Assembly: GCA_026770705.1 (NCBI GenBank)
Contig: JANJGN010000071.1
Coordinates: 1,984,001 to 2,048,000, forward strand
Reading direction: 5' to 3'
DNA length: 64,000 bases
Source of the DNA: Isurus oxyrinchus
Lineage: Eukaryota
Position 1 is the stretch's first letter. Each line of letters opens with the position of its first letter. This document shows, one piece after another, positions 34,875-48,695 of this stretch. A program made the translations under genes and the position numbers. A model generated the notes under the pieces. It saw only the letters and a list, made by a program, of their open reading frames with translations. It was not told where the DNA came from and did not search any database.

Positions 34875-37800
34875 GATTTAGAGCTTCCTACAACTTAACT
34901 AACTGACCAAAGATGTATTGAACTGTCTAAAAGTGACCTGTTTTGCAAAGAAATACAAGATTGTACACAGATCAAAAATGGCTGACACAAGTCACCTGAT
35001 TGCTGATACTGTGAAGTTGATCACTTCTCTGGAAAGGTTCAAATGAATTGCACTGCAGACCTGTTGCATGGAAGGTCACGCCTGGGGTGTGTCAGGGTTC
35101 ACTGCAAACAGGGACACTCTTAAAAGGAAGGCATTAAAATGCAAAGTGCTGGACTTTGAACAGCTGTAGTTCTATCAAAACAGTGGGAACTGCTCACCAA
35201 GCGGATAATCATCAGCCATTCAAAACCCCCTGTGGAGGATGCAATACCCGCATCTCCTGTTGATTTATATCTTGAAATGCATCAAATGTTTTGGAGATGC
35301 AAAGATAAAAAACGTGAATACTTGGCCTTTAACAATGAATGCAAAACATGCTGATTGAATTCCCTTCAGGAATATACAGACAGGAGTTTAACAAATGGTT
35401 CTGCCAAGCAGATATAAGAGAAAGGAGGAGGAAAAAGAAATATGGCAGTCATCTAAAAACCCTGCTAGAAAAGAACAGAAATGATTTCTCCCTCTCTCCC
35501 TGTCTCTCTCTCTCTCTCTCTCGCACCTTCTTTCTCTCTGTCTGTCTGAAGCTAACAGAGTGTCTTCAATAATGTGCAAGTCTGAGCCAGATGAAATACA
35601 GGATTCTACAGCAAACCAACTAATTTAAAACAGCTTCAAACTTCACAAACTATGCTGCAGTATAATAACTCTTTGAATTTTTTTTAATTGGGCTCCATAA
35701 TTATTTTACCTCTGATATCTGTGAGTGTGTTTTTGTGTGTGTGTGTGTACCTTCCTGTGTGAGCGTGTGTGTGTGTCTGTGCCTGTCTGTGTGTGTGTGT
35801 GTCAGTGTGGTGTGTGTCTGTGCTTGTCTGTGTTTGTGTGCGTTTGTGTGTGTATGCGTGTGCACCTGTGTGTCTGTGTGTGTGGGCCTGCGTGTGAGTG
35901 TGTGTATGTGTGCTTGTGTGTGAGCGTGTGTATGACTTGTTAAGGAAATTGCATTTGGGGGAAACTATATTTTAAACCCTTTTTGCAACCAAGCATGGGG
36001 GTTGAATAGAAAGGGAGCCAGTTCACTCCCTGTCANNNNNNNNNNNNNNNNNNNNNNNNNNNNNNNNNNNNNNNNNNNNNNNNNNNNNNNNNNNNNNNNN
36101 NNNNNNNNNNNNNNNNNNNNNNNNNNNNNNNNNNNNNNNNNNNNNNNNNNNNNNNNNNNNNNNNNNNNNNNNNNNNNNNNNNNNNNNNNNNNNNNNNCTG
36201 ACAGGAAACTGCGACTGAGTGACAGCATGACAGGAATATATAATAATATCCATAATGTTATTGGAATTTATTGTAAAATAGAGTCCATGTGTCTGTGTCC
36301 ACATGTGTCTGTGATGTGTTTGTGTGAGACTTATTGGAATTAGAGGAAGCTGGTCTGGGTGTTTTGATGTGAGAAGAGAAGTTAGGTTTGAACTGTTTAT
36401 TAGGTAAACATGGGGAAGTTTTAGAATGTGAAGTGTAAAGGTGGCAATTTGCATTTTAAGTTAAACCAAACGAGATTGTTTTCAAAGAAGGAGAGAAATG
36501 TGTCACCGAGCCAGGTGAAGATAAGAAACAGTGTGTTTATTTTTGCCAAAGATTACTGGTAAAACGTAGGGCTATGAGAGATTTGTATTATTACAAAGAT
36601 AAAGTCCAAAGACATAGTGAAACAATGGGAATTTGCATTCAAAGGGGAAAATATGTATCAAGGAGTGAAGGCTGTGTGTAAGGGTCGGTGTTTTTAAGAT
36701 CTTACAATGATGAAAAGCCTTCAGCCTGCATGTACCAAGCTGCTGCCTCCAGGGACTGATGTTAAGAGAATTCACTTTGAACTCAACTGTTCAGCGTATC
36801 GTTTACTGTTCCTGGGACATTTAAAATCTCTGTTTTACTGTTGCCTTAACAGAGATAACAGAGCGTCTTCAACAAATCTGAATCAAATAACCACCAGGAT
36901 GCCACAGGTAACCAATTAACTTTGAACAGCTGCAAACTTCAGCAATCTACGCCTCAAAGACAAGCAAAGGTATTAATCATATATTCTTTCAAATTTTTGT
37001 CGGACTCTAACTTTTTAATTCTGACGTGTGTAAATGGAAGTTAAATTACTTAAGGGATTTAGAAGTTATTATAGTAGTAATTTATAGACAGATGTGTATG
37101 CTTAAAAATCATTTTTTCTTGTTAATCAATGTTTAATTTAGTTTTATAAAATCCTCTCACACCGAAAAAAGGTGAACTCTATTGTAAAGTGTTCTGGGAC
37201 ATCCAGAGACCATGCTGTACAGAAGAGATTTGACAGGAGCAGCAAGTGTTTTACTTACAGGAGAATGAGTCCCCAGGGTTGTAGAGTCAATCCTGTCAGA
37301 TGAATGACTAACTTGAGACACTTCAGGGAGCTGATCTAATTCTGGAAATGTTCAGTTTACCAGGATCAGAGGAGAGATGATCTTCCTCTCCTGACTGCAT
37401 CAGACAAGTGGTGAACCTGTTGAGGTGAACAGAATTACCTGTTAAACCTCTTAACCTCATTACTACTGAATTCAAAGCTCACATCTCAAAACATACAAGT
37501 TGGAAATTAGTTGTGACAGTTGTTTCAAGTTTCCCTCCAGGATTTGAACAGCTCAGCATTTACCATCTGTTATGTCATAACAGAGCTTCCTTCAACTTAA
37601 CCAATGAGCCAAAAATGTATTGAACTGTTTAAAGGAGACCTGTTTTTCAAAAGTACAAGATTAGGCACTGATCAAAAATGGCTGTCACGAGTCACCTGAT
37701 TGCTGATACTGCAAACTTGATCACTTCTCTGGAAAGCTTCAAATGAATTGCACTACAGACATGTTGCATGAAAGTTCTCACTGAGATGTGTCAGGGTCCA

Positions 37801-38365
37801 CTTAAAACAGGGGCTCCCTTAAAAATGCAAAGTGCTGGGCTTTGATCACTGTAGGTCTATCAAGATAATGGGAACTGCTCACCATGCAGATATTCATCAA
37901 TCATTCAAAACCCCTTGTGGAGGATGAAATGTCTCCATCTCCTGTTGATTTATATCTTGAAATGCATCAAATGTTTCAGAGATGCAAAGATCAAAAAATG
38001 GGATTACTTGGCCTATAACAATGAATGTAAGACATGCTGATCGAATTCCCTTTGGGAATATACAGACAGGAGTTTAGCAACAGGTTCTGTCAAGCAGATA
38101 TAAGAGAAAGTAGGAGGAAAAAGAAAGATGGCAGTCACCCAAAAACACTGCTGGAAAAGAGCAGAAATTCTCTCTCTCTCTCTCTCTTTCTGAAGCTAAC
38201 AGAGCATCTTCAACAAGTCCAAATCTGAATCAAATCACCACAAGGATGCCACAGGAAACCAATCAACTTTGCAAACTTCAACAATCTACACCTCGAAGAC
38301 AAGCAAAGCTATCAATCATATATTCATTTAAATTTTTATTGGACTCTAACTTTTTATTTCTGACA
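34875..38365 (+). repeat. Diverged direct repeats, probably LTR-like
   Basis: 34880-35700 matches 37580-38360, and 36840-37030 matches 38195-38365. No coding capacity. Confidence 0.55.
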
Positions 38366-39139
38366 TGTGTGTGTGTGTGTGGCTGTCTCTCTGCCTGTCT
38401 GTGTGAGTATGAGTGTGTCTGCCTGCGCGAGCGTGTGTCAGTGTGAACAGATGTGAGTGTGTGTGTGTGTCTGAGTGAGNNNNNNNNNNNNNNNNNNNNN
38501 NNNNNNNNNNNNNNNNNNNNNNNNNNNNNNNNNNNNNNNNNNNNNNNNNNNNNNNNNNNNNNNNNNNNNNNNNNNNNNNNNNNNNNNNNNNNNNNNNNNN
38601 NNNNNNNNNNNNNNNNNNNNNNNNNNNNNNNNNNNNNNNNNNNNNNNTATTGTTGCATCTTAATTATTAACGTTATTTAAAAATAGTGATCACACAAGCC
38701 TGGTTTCTAAGGAAATGAAACTGACAACAATTTACAGTAAAGTGAAACGTACAGGAATAATCTATTTATTTTGAGCTGATGATATATAATTATACATGAG
38801 GCATGTTGTTAATTTCAAACATCATCTGAAATATGGCAGGTCTGACAGAGCAGCTTTCCCTCAGCGCTCACCCTCCGACAGTGCAGCACTCCCTCAGTAC
38901 TGACCCTCTGACAGTGCAGCACTCCCTCAGTACTGACCCTCCGACAGTTCAGCACTGTCTCAGTACTGACCCTTTGATCGAGCAGGGTCTCCCTCAGTAC
39001 TGACCTCCTGACAGTGCAGCACTCCCTCAGTACTCACCCTCCGACAGTGCAGCACTCCCTCAGCACTCCATCACTGGGGAGAGTTCATCTGGTTTTGAGC
39101 TGTAACCTTGAGATGGTTTGAAAACCCCAACCTTCTGTC

Positions 39140-39632
39140 TTGGAGAGAGAGAGAGAGAGAGAGTGAGTGCGTGTGTGAGAAAGAGAGACAATGTGTGTGT
39201 GAGAGAGTGACAGTGCGTATGTGTGCGAGAGAGAAGGATAGAGAGAAAGAGAAAATGTGTGAGAGAGCAAAAGAGTGTGTGTGCATGAGAGAGGGAGGTA
39301 GCTTAATTGTGGAGAGAGAGAGTGTGTGTGAGAGAAAGGGAATGTTTGTGTTAGAGAGAGAGAGCTTATGTGTGAGAGAGAAAGATAGAGAGAGAATCTG
39401 TGTGTGTTAGATAGTGTGTGTGTGAAAGAGAGAGTGTGTATGTGAGAGAGCGTGTGCGTGAGAGCGTGTGTGTGTGTGTGTGTTTGAGAGGGTGTATGTG
39501 TTTGAGAGAGGGAGTGTGCGAGAGAGGGTGTGCGTGTTTGAGAGGGAGTGTGTGTGTTTAAGAGAATGAACGAGAGAAAATGTGTGTATGTGTGTGTGTG
39601 TGTGCGTAAGTGTGTGTATGTGTGTGTGTGCA
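39140..39632. repeat. (GA)n/(GT)n compound microsatellite
   Basis: Low-complexity dinucleotide tract. Confidence 0.92.
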
Positions 39633-42296
39633 TTCTGAATGAGCTGAGTTCACAGTTTCACACGTTGCTAGGGACCACTTTTCCGCCTCTCTGTCAGACT
39701 GTGTGTATCTGACAGCAGGTCAGGCAGAAATAGTCCAGAATGCACTGTGGTTTTGTAGCATTGAAACAACGACATGAACTAAATGAGTGCTGCACCAAAT
39801 AAAGACATGGAGTGACCACACCAAAAAACCACGTGACTTCCCCAGTTTCACATCTCCCTCAAACACAGAAAAACTGGGTTAACACTGACCCTCCTCCCAG
39901 AGCCAGTTCACCTCGTGTCCGATGCAGTCAGGAGAGGAAGATCATCTCTCCTCCGATCCTGCTAAACTGAACATTTCCAGAATTAGATCAGCTCCCTGAA
40001 GTGTCTCCAGTTAGACATTCATCTGACAGGATTGACTCTACAACCCTGGGGACTCATTCTCCTGTAAGTAAAACACTTGCTGCTCCTGTCAAATCTCTTC
40101 TGTACAGCATGGTCTCTGGATGTCCCAGAACACTTTACAATAGAGTTCACCCTTTTTTCGAAGTGTGGTTACTGTTGTAATGTAGGAAACGCAGCAGCCA
40201 ATTAGCGCACAGCAAGCTCCCACAAACAGCAATGTGATCACCTGTTTTTGGTGATGTTGGTTGAGGGATAAATATTGGTCCCAGGACACCGGGGAGATCT
40301 CCCCCCTGCTCTTCCTCCAAATAGTGGCTGTGGGATCTTTCACACCCGCCCGAGAGGGCAGACGGGGGTCTCGGTTTAGTGTCTAATATTGGACTAATCT
40401 CCAGGCGAGGTTGGCTGGATGGATTATTGACAAGGTCCATTCAGCCTGTAAAGAGTTTCTCTGTTTGAAATACCCAATCAAACATCGAGTTCTGTGTCTA
40501 AACCTTGTGTTGAAAAGACACCTTTCCAGCTCTTCACCTGCCATTAGCTTGTTGAGTCTTCACATGCTCCGTCTGTCCGTGACCAACCCCTCTCAGCTCA
40601 TCCTTTCCTTGTCGTACATCGAGCTGTTCATCCTGACGGGTTCCCTCCTTCCCAGTAACACTCCATCTCCGACATCAAACTAACTCCCAACACGTTGATG
40701 AATTGTATGGATTCCAGCGTCAGTTGGTTCTGTCTGAGGCTGTTTCTCTGATCGGGGACCGAGCTGTTCTGAACGGACATTGTGTTCAGCAGTTCTTATT
40801 GCAGATCAGTCCGTTCAACCAATGCTGCTGTTCACTGAGGTGACTCCGATTCGACATTCACACATTAATGATCTCATGTCCAGCATCAAACATCCGAATG
40901 AAGCAAGGTTCAAGCAAAAACCCAGCTGCTTGATCCGACAGTTATCTGTTCAGGCATGGCCCCTTGTTCCAAATAACAAACATTATTTAAAAATAGTCAT
41001 CACATGAGCCTGGTTAACAAGGAAATGAAACCATGAACAATTTGCAGTAAAGTGAAAGGTACAGGACTAATCTATTTATATTGAGCTGATGATATAGAAT
41101 TTCACACGAGGCATGTTGTTAATTTCAAACATCATCCAAGTATGGCAGTTCTGACAGTGCAGCACTCCCTCAGTACTGACCCTCTGACAGTGCAGCACTC
41201 CCTCAGTACTGACACTCTGACAGTGCAGCACTCCCTCAGTACTGACCCTCTGACAGTGCAGCACTTCCTCAGTACTGACCCTTTGACAGTGCAGCACTCC
41301 CTGAGTACTGACCCTTTGACAGTGCAGCACTCCCCCAGTACTGACCCACTGACAGTGCAGCACTCCCTTGGTACTGAATCCAGAGATACAAGGAAGAGAC
41401 TGAAGAGCTGACGATTCAGCTGAATTAAAAAACAGAGGCAGTTACAGAATCACAACAAGTTTACAGAGCAGAAGGAGGCCATTCAGCCCCTTGAGCCTGT
41501 TACACAGGAACAGGAGAGGCCATTCAGCCCCCCCGAACCTGTTACACAGGAATAGGAGGAGGCCATTCAGCCCCCTCGAGCCTGTTGCACAGGAACAGGA
41601 GGAGGCCCATTCAGCCCCTCGAGCCTCTTACACAGGAACAGGAAGAGGCAATTCAACCACATTCTTGACACCAGTTTGCTTACGGTGGAAGACAAAGAGT
41701 TGGTTTCTCAAATTCACACAAACCAACTCACATTTTGTCTCACAGTGACACATCAACCCTTTCTAATTAAACACACAGAGGGAGCAGCACAGGAAGATGT
41801 CATTCAGCCCAAGCAGAGCGGGTGGGCAGTCCCTCCCCAGGCGAGCAGTCGGACAGGTCCTGGGTAACTAACGGAACGATTGGAATTCACTTCCACGACC
41901 AACACCGTCCTTTGTTGATGTTCTGACTTTATAAAGAGAGATTCCAATGATTGATGCCTTTGAAAGATTTCTACTGATTATTGAGATCTGGGTGTGAGGC
42001 TCAAGTCTATTGTACAGAACATCTTTCTAGCTCAAGGGATGAGGAAAATGGGATGCCCTGAGCTGGTGAAAGGTGCTATAGAAATGCAAGCCCTTCATTG
42101 TTTTTCATTCTTAAAGCCTTTTAACTCTCTGCAGAACACCTATCATCCCACAGGGAATCAAATTAGTCTTTGAAGACATTGTCTAAAAGGAGTTCTGATA
42201 TCTCAAGAGCTGTCGGACAAGAGGTGAGGTCTCATTAACTCCTTTCTCTTTCACAGCTTGAGAGTGAGAAGTGGATGGAATATCTGGGAGTGGACA

Positions 42297-42336
42297 ATGA
42301 TCAGGAAATCTTACTTCCTCCTGTCACTTCTCCAAG
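42297..42336 (+). CDS. Copy D: signal peptide exon (coding part)
   Basis: MIRKSYFLLSLLQ|gtaat. Confidence 0.75.
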
Positions 42337-43489
42337 GTAATATCATCGTCAGATTTAATGTTAATAGTCTCTGGAAAGGATCATTCTTATTGAGCTGTGA
42401 TTGGGAACCGATTCAGCAGTGACCCTGTGCACAAACTCAGACCAAGTCCTATTCACCCATCACCCCTGTGCTCACTGATATACACTGACTCCCTGTCTGA
42501 CAGCAGAATTGGAAGTGATCAGAGATCTCAGAGAGTTGTAGGGACTGGAGGACGTTACAAAGTTCAGCAGAATTGTAGCAGCGAGAGCAGGATCTTAAAA
42601 TTCAGGTGCTGTCAGACGTTGGTCAGTGAGCGATGGGGAGTGATGGGTTGAGTAGAGAAGCAAAGATAAAAACTGGGGGATGAAGTCTATCCTGCTGCGA
42701 GGTCTCCGATAGCAATGGTCTGAAATTTGTGTCCTTTGCTGCCTTTATTCAAAATTTCCCATGAAGACAACACAGCAGCTCCTAGAATAGACAGGCTGTT
42801 CGGTGTCACACGTCCTGTCCATTCTCACCTTGCTAGAAACTTCAATAAGGGAGCAAGATAACTGAAAGAGAGAGGAAGGCAAAGCTGTCTGTGTGTACAA
42901 CTGTCAAATATTCTGATCTGCTGCAGAGTTTAAATTTCACAGAATCTGAGCACTTTGCAGCTCAGAGAGAGACCATTGACTCACTGCCTGAAAGGGCGGT
43001 GGAAGCAGATTCAACAGGAACTTTCAGAAGGGGAACTGGATAAATACTTGAAGGGAAATTTGCAGGGATGTGCGAAAGGTGCTGGAGAGGAATTGGGAAA
43101 GAGCCAGCACATTCACGATGGGTCAAATGAGCTCCTCCTGTGTTGTATCATTCAACAATCAGACAATTTAAGACCCTTGTCAGCAAATCTTCAGAATCCT
43201 GCTGAATCACAGATGTTTCAGAAGGACAGGGAACAAGAAGTTTCTGGTAGCAGCGTTTCATGTGGGGCCCAGTTCAGTTTGAACAAATAAACAACACCAT
43301 CTTTGAAAGTCATGAACCCAACACAGCGGCACTTCCAACACATGCAGAGCTCAGGCTAGAGGCGCTTTGTTAGTGTGTTTCACAGGGTCTGCTGGAGTAG
43401 GGTCAGTGCTGAGCTTGGGGACAAGTCAGTCTACAATGCTGCATCGGAATCAAAAATACAACAATATGGGGTTTGGATCAGAAATAATC

Positions 43490-43950
43490 CATTAGACAAT
43501 GAGGATCCATAGAGGTTCCTTAGACAATGAGGATCCAAAGAGATTCCTTAGACAATGAGGATCCAAAGAGATTCCTCAGACAATGAGGATCCAAAGAGAT
43601 TCCTTAGACAATGAGGGTCCAAAGTGATTCCTCAAACAATAAGGATCCAAAGAGATTCCTCAGACAATGAGGATCCAAGGAGATTCCTGAGACAATGAGG
43701 GTCCAAAGTGATTCCTCAAACAATAAGGATCCAAAGAGATTCCTTAGACAATGAGGATCCAAAGAGATTCCTCAGACAATGAGGATCCAAAGAGATTCCT
43801 TAGACAATGAGGGTCCAAAGTGATTCCTCAAACAATAAGGATCCAAAGAGATTCCTCAGACAATGAGGATCCAAGGAGATTCCTGAGACAATGAGGGTCC
43901 AAAGTGATTCCTCAAACAATAAGGATCCAAAGAGATTCCTTAGACAATGA
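43490..43950. repeat. 28-bp minisatellite (TTAGACAATGAGGATCCAAAGAGATTCC)n
   Basis: About 16 units with recurring variant types, in the leader-V intron of D only. Confidence 0.92.
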
Positions 43951-44712
43951 AGATACAAAGTGCACCAATCAGATTGAATCAGATTAGCCAATCAGCTGTG
44001 TTGAAGAGCAGACAGGAATGTTAGGCTAATTAGTGATTCATGACGGTGATAATGGGGGGAGTTCTGAGGGCTCCTAATCCATTGTCCTGTCTTGTAAATC
44101 AGCACTGAATGGATCTCAATGGGTGGGTCTTGTAGAGTCTGTGTTGGGTGGAAGACTGGCTTCACTAAGGGGAAGCGGTAGCAGAGAGGCATTGTCACTG
44201 GGCTAGTATTCCAGAGGCCCAGGGTGATGCTCTGGGGCCCTGGGTGTAAATCCCATCACAGCAGATGAATGGGATTAAAAAGCCTGGTTCACTGATCCCG
44301 TTCAGGGAAGGAAATCTCCACCCTTACCCAGTCTGGCCTACATGTCACTCCAAACCCACAGCAATACAATTGATTCTTAAATGCCTCTGATGGACATGGG
44401 ATGGGTAATAAATGCTGGGCACATCCCATGAACGGATAATTTGAAAAACACATGACTTGGAGACACTGTGTTGAGTGGAAGACTGGTTTCACTAAACAGG
44501 GTCCTGAGGACCATGAGCCAATGTAGAATGAACTTGTCCACTCCTGTGTCCAGGATTCTCTTCCATCCATTGTGAAACCTTGGGGAGATCCCTGTGTGTC
44601 CTGTAGATGGTCCACACTGCAGCCACTGTGCCCCAGTGATGGAGGGGGTGGATATCGAGTCTAGTGGATCTACAAACCATCCAGAGTTAAATATTGATAT
44701 TTCTCTCCCCAG

Positions 44713-45081
44713 TTGGACTGTCACAAGAGTGGAAAGGTGACACTCCACGAGAGGTGACAGCGCAGGAAGATTCGTGTGTACAGATTCCATGTCATTACAG
44801 TTATCCATCACATTTGGAAAGCCGACCACGAGTCGGAGTCTGGTTTAATAACGAGAATCAGATTGCTGGATCTCCCATAGCCTTTCACTCCAAGGATCAC
44901 AGTCACGAGTTACCACGGTTCCACCATCGGACCCGGCTGTCTGGAGACCTGAAAGATGGCGACTGTTCCCTGATTATAAACAACATCAGACGGGAAGATG
45001 CAGGACCTTATTTTTTCAGAATAGAATTTGACAGCAGCAATAGTTAAAGCTACTATCCTGTAACCCAGCTTCACGTTTCTG
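44713..45081 (+). pseudogene. Copy D: Siglec V-set exon with nonsense codon
   Basis: ...YFFRIEFDSSNS*SYYPVTQLHVS; TAA where paralogs have TAT or CAT. Confidence 0.85.
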
Positions 45082-45481
45082 GTAAGTGCTGTGTTATAAT
45101 TACTCAACAATTCACATTCAACACTCAATGGGAATTAACACAAACTGTGACATTTACATATTAACACAAAACACAGGTTATTATAACACACTGTCTGATT
45201 CTCAATAACCTGCTAATAGCTTCCAGTTCAGTCCTAAAACAACCTCTAATACTCACTTTAATATCAATGATTAAATGTATTGACTGTGTCCATCAAAGTT
45301 ATCAGGTTATCCACTCTCATCGATCTCTCTAATCCTGTATAAAATAATTTCCTGATCATTGTAATCTCTCAGTTCTGATATCATCCTTGTAAAAGTGCTT
45401 TCTCTTGTAGGATTGTGATTTCTATTTGAACTGATGCTTCACGTTATATTTCTCTAAAAGGATCCATTCTCTGTCTGTTAG

Positions 45482-45778
45482 ATTTCACAGATAAACCCAC
45501 GATATTCCCTGCTGAAATTATTGCAGGAAAGCCTGTGGATGTAAGCTGCACCTTCAACACAACGTGCAATGGAACAGCAGCACCTGTCTTAACCTGGGAC
45601 ACTCCCACTGACGTACCTGGATCAGTCTCAAACACTGTAACTCAGCATGGTGTCACTCTGACCTATACTTCTGTTCTGACCCTGATCCCATCACTCAAAC
45701 ACCACGGACACAATCTCAGCTGCAGAGTGAGATATCCATCTGTTTCATCGGAGCGTACCCTCGCACTAACTGTGCAAG
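45482..45778 (+). CDS. Copy D: C2-set exon
   Basis: gttag|AT...CAAG|gtaagt, near-identical to 13658-13954. Confidence 0.88.
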
Positions 45779-45984
45779 GTAAGTATGGACATCCTTCATT
45801 ATACATTCGCTGGAACAGTCTAGATTATGCACAGCAGGATCCCATAGAAAGGTATTCTGATGAGAACCAGATCATCTGTAGTTTACGGAAAAACACTGAC
45901 CAGAAAACAGTTAATGACAGTTTCTGAACATTAACACTGGAGCTTTTTTTTTCCAGCCAAGAAGCTGATAGAACAGAGCATCAC

Positions 45985-48305
45985 TCACAATATACTAACC
46001 TCCTGACAGTGCAGCACTCCCTCAGTACTGACCGCCTGACAGTGCAGCACTCCCTCAGTACTGACCGCCTGACAGTGCAGCACTCCCTCAGTACTGATCC
46101 TCCAATAGTGCAGCAATCACTCAGTACTGACCCTCCAACAGTGCAGAACTCCCTCAGCTCTGACCCTCTGACAGTGTAGCACTCCCTCAGTACTGACCCT
46201 CTGACAGTGCAGCACTCCCTCAGTACTGACCTGCTGAAATTGCAGCTCTCCCTCAGTACTGACCCTCTGACATTGCAGCACTCCCTCAGTACTGACCCTC
46301 TGACAGTGCAGCACTGCCTCAGTACTGACCCTCCAATAATGAAATAATCCCTCAGTACTGACTCTCCGACAGTGCAGCACTCCTTCACTGCTGACCCTCC
46401 AACTCTGCAGTGCTCCCTCAGGACTGAAAATCCAACATTTCATATCTCCCTCCTGACTGACCCTCTGAAAAAAAAGCAGATCCTCGGTCGAGACCTTCAA
46501 ACAGTGCAGTACTTCCACAGTTCTGAATCTCCCCCCCACCCACAGTGCAGCACTTCCACAGTACTGAACCTCTGACAGTGCAGCACTCCCTCAGTACTGA
46601 TCCTCCCACCTGCAGCACTCCCTCAGTACTGACCCTCCCACATGCAGCACTCCCTCAGTACTGACCCTCCCACAGTGCAGCACTCCCTCAGTACTGACCC
46701 TCCCACATGCAGCATTCCCTCAGTACTGACCCTCGCACATGCAGCACTCCCTCAGTACTGACCCTTTGACAGTGCTGCACTACCTCACTATTGGTTTTAA
46801 ACTAAATAGAGTGTGGGGCAAATGTTTCTGGAGAGGGTATATGTACAGTTACAAACCAAAAGGATTTATTAGCATTGCAGGATAGCTGTTTTGGCAACGA
46901 TACCCAGTGTGTGACAGGAAGGGACACAGTGTCCAAACATAAAAATACATCAGCAAATAGTGTCAGAGGGGGGGAAATGATAAAAAGACAAAATTAATGG
47001 CTCTTTACTTAAATGCACATAGTATTTGGAATGTTGGCCTTTATTTCAAAGGGAATGGAGTATAAAAATAGGGAAGTCTTGCTAAAACTATACAAGGCAC
47101 TAGTTAGACCACACCTAGAATACTGTGAGCAGTTTTGGTTCCCTTATCTAAGGAAAGATGTACTGGCATTGGAGGCAGTCCAGAGAAGGTTCACTAGGTT
47201 GATCCCAGTAATGGAGGGATTTTCATATGAGGAGAGGTTGAGTAGGATGGGCCTGTACTCATTGGAGTTTAGGAGAATGAGAGCTGACCTTATTGAAACA
47301 TATAAGATTCTTAGGGTGCTTGACAGGGTAGATGCTGAGAGGTTGTTTCCCCTTGTGGGAGAGTCTAGGACCAGAGGGCATAATCTCAGAGTAAGGGGTC
47401 ACCCATTTAAGACAGAGATGAGGAGTTTCTTCCCTCAGAGGGTAGTGAATGTGTGGAATTCTTTACCGCAGAGAGTTGCAGAGGCTGGGTCATTAATTAT
47501 ATTCAAGGCTGAGATACACAGTTGTTTAATCAGTCAGGGAATCAAAGGCTATGGGGAAGAGGCAGGAAAGTGGAGTTGAGGATTGTCAGATCAGCCATGG
47601 TGTCATTGAATGGCGGAGCAGAGTTGATTGGCCGAATGGCCTCCTTCTGCTCTGACGTCTTGTGGTCTTATGGTCTTATCACCCTCCAACAGTGCAGAGC
47701 TCCCTAATTACTGACCCTCCGACAGTGCAGCACTCTTCCAGTACTGACCCTCCGACAGTGCAGCATTCCCTCAGTACTGACCCTCCAACAGTGCAGAGAT
47801 CCCTAATTACTGACGCTCCGACAATGCAGCACTCTTCCAGTACTGACCCTCCGACAGTGCAGCATTCCCTCAGTACTGACCCTCCAACAGTGCAGCACTG
47901 CCTCAATACTGACCCTCCAACAGTGCAGCACTCCCTCAGTGCTGACCCTCCGACAATGAAGTACTCGCTCAGTACTGACTATGCGGCAGTGAAGCTTTCA
48001 CAGTACCCACCCACCATCAGTATAGCAGGTCCTCAGTACTCACCCTCCAACAGTGCAGCACTCCCTCAGTACTGATCCTCCAACAGTGCAGCACTCCATC
48101 AGTACTGATTCTCCGACAGTGAAGTACTCACTCAGTACTGACTATGCGGCAGTGAAGCTTTCACAGTACCCACCCACCATCAGTACAGCAGGTCCTCAGT
48201 ACTCACCCTCCAACAGGGCAGCACTCCCTCAGTACTCACCCTCCAACAGTGCAGCACTCCCTCAGTACTGACCCTCCAACAGTGCAGCACTCCCTCAGTA
48301 CTGAA
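45985..48305 (+). repeat. 33-bp minisatellite split by a CR1 insertion
   Basis: Arrays at 45985-46790 and 47680-48305. Confidence 0.9.
46795..47678 (+). mobile_element. CR1 LINE fragment with RT C-terminus and short tandem-repeat tail
   Basis: LYKALVRPHLEYCEQFW...RRMRADLIETYK...VVNVWNSLP; ends in (tcttatgg)-type repeats. Confidence 0.9.
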
Positions 48306-48428
48306 CTGAAGAGTCTGCCTGAATTATGTGCTTTGTGGTGAAGGATTGATATTACACCTTTAACATTGTCAGGGTCTCTGAAAGTGCTTCACAGTCAATG
48401 TAAGTAACTGATCTTTATTTGTTTTTAG

Positions 48429-48695
48429 ATGCACCACAGAATCTCTCAATTACTTTTCATGATATGATTAACACTTCATGGATCAATATAATTGAGGGGA
48501 ATTCTGCAGTGATAATCTGCTCTGTCAAGAGCTTCCCAGCTTCTAACCTGACGTGGCGACATCTTAATGTCCGAATGAACAGAACAAGTTCCAACAATGA
48601 GCTGTGGTTGGTGATTCCTCACGTTACATCCAGGGACACTGGAGACTATCAGTGTGTGGCAGAGAATGAACATGGAGCAGTGGACGGGTTCATAA
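48429..48695 (+). pseudogene. Copy D: Ig3 exon with deleted 3' end and donor
   Basis: Homology to 854-1120 stops at gggttcataa and resumes in sequence matching about 1924. Confidence 0.8.
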
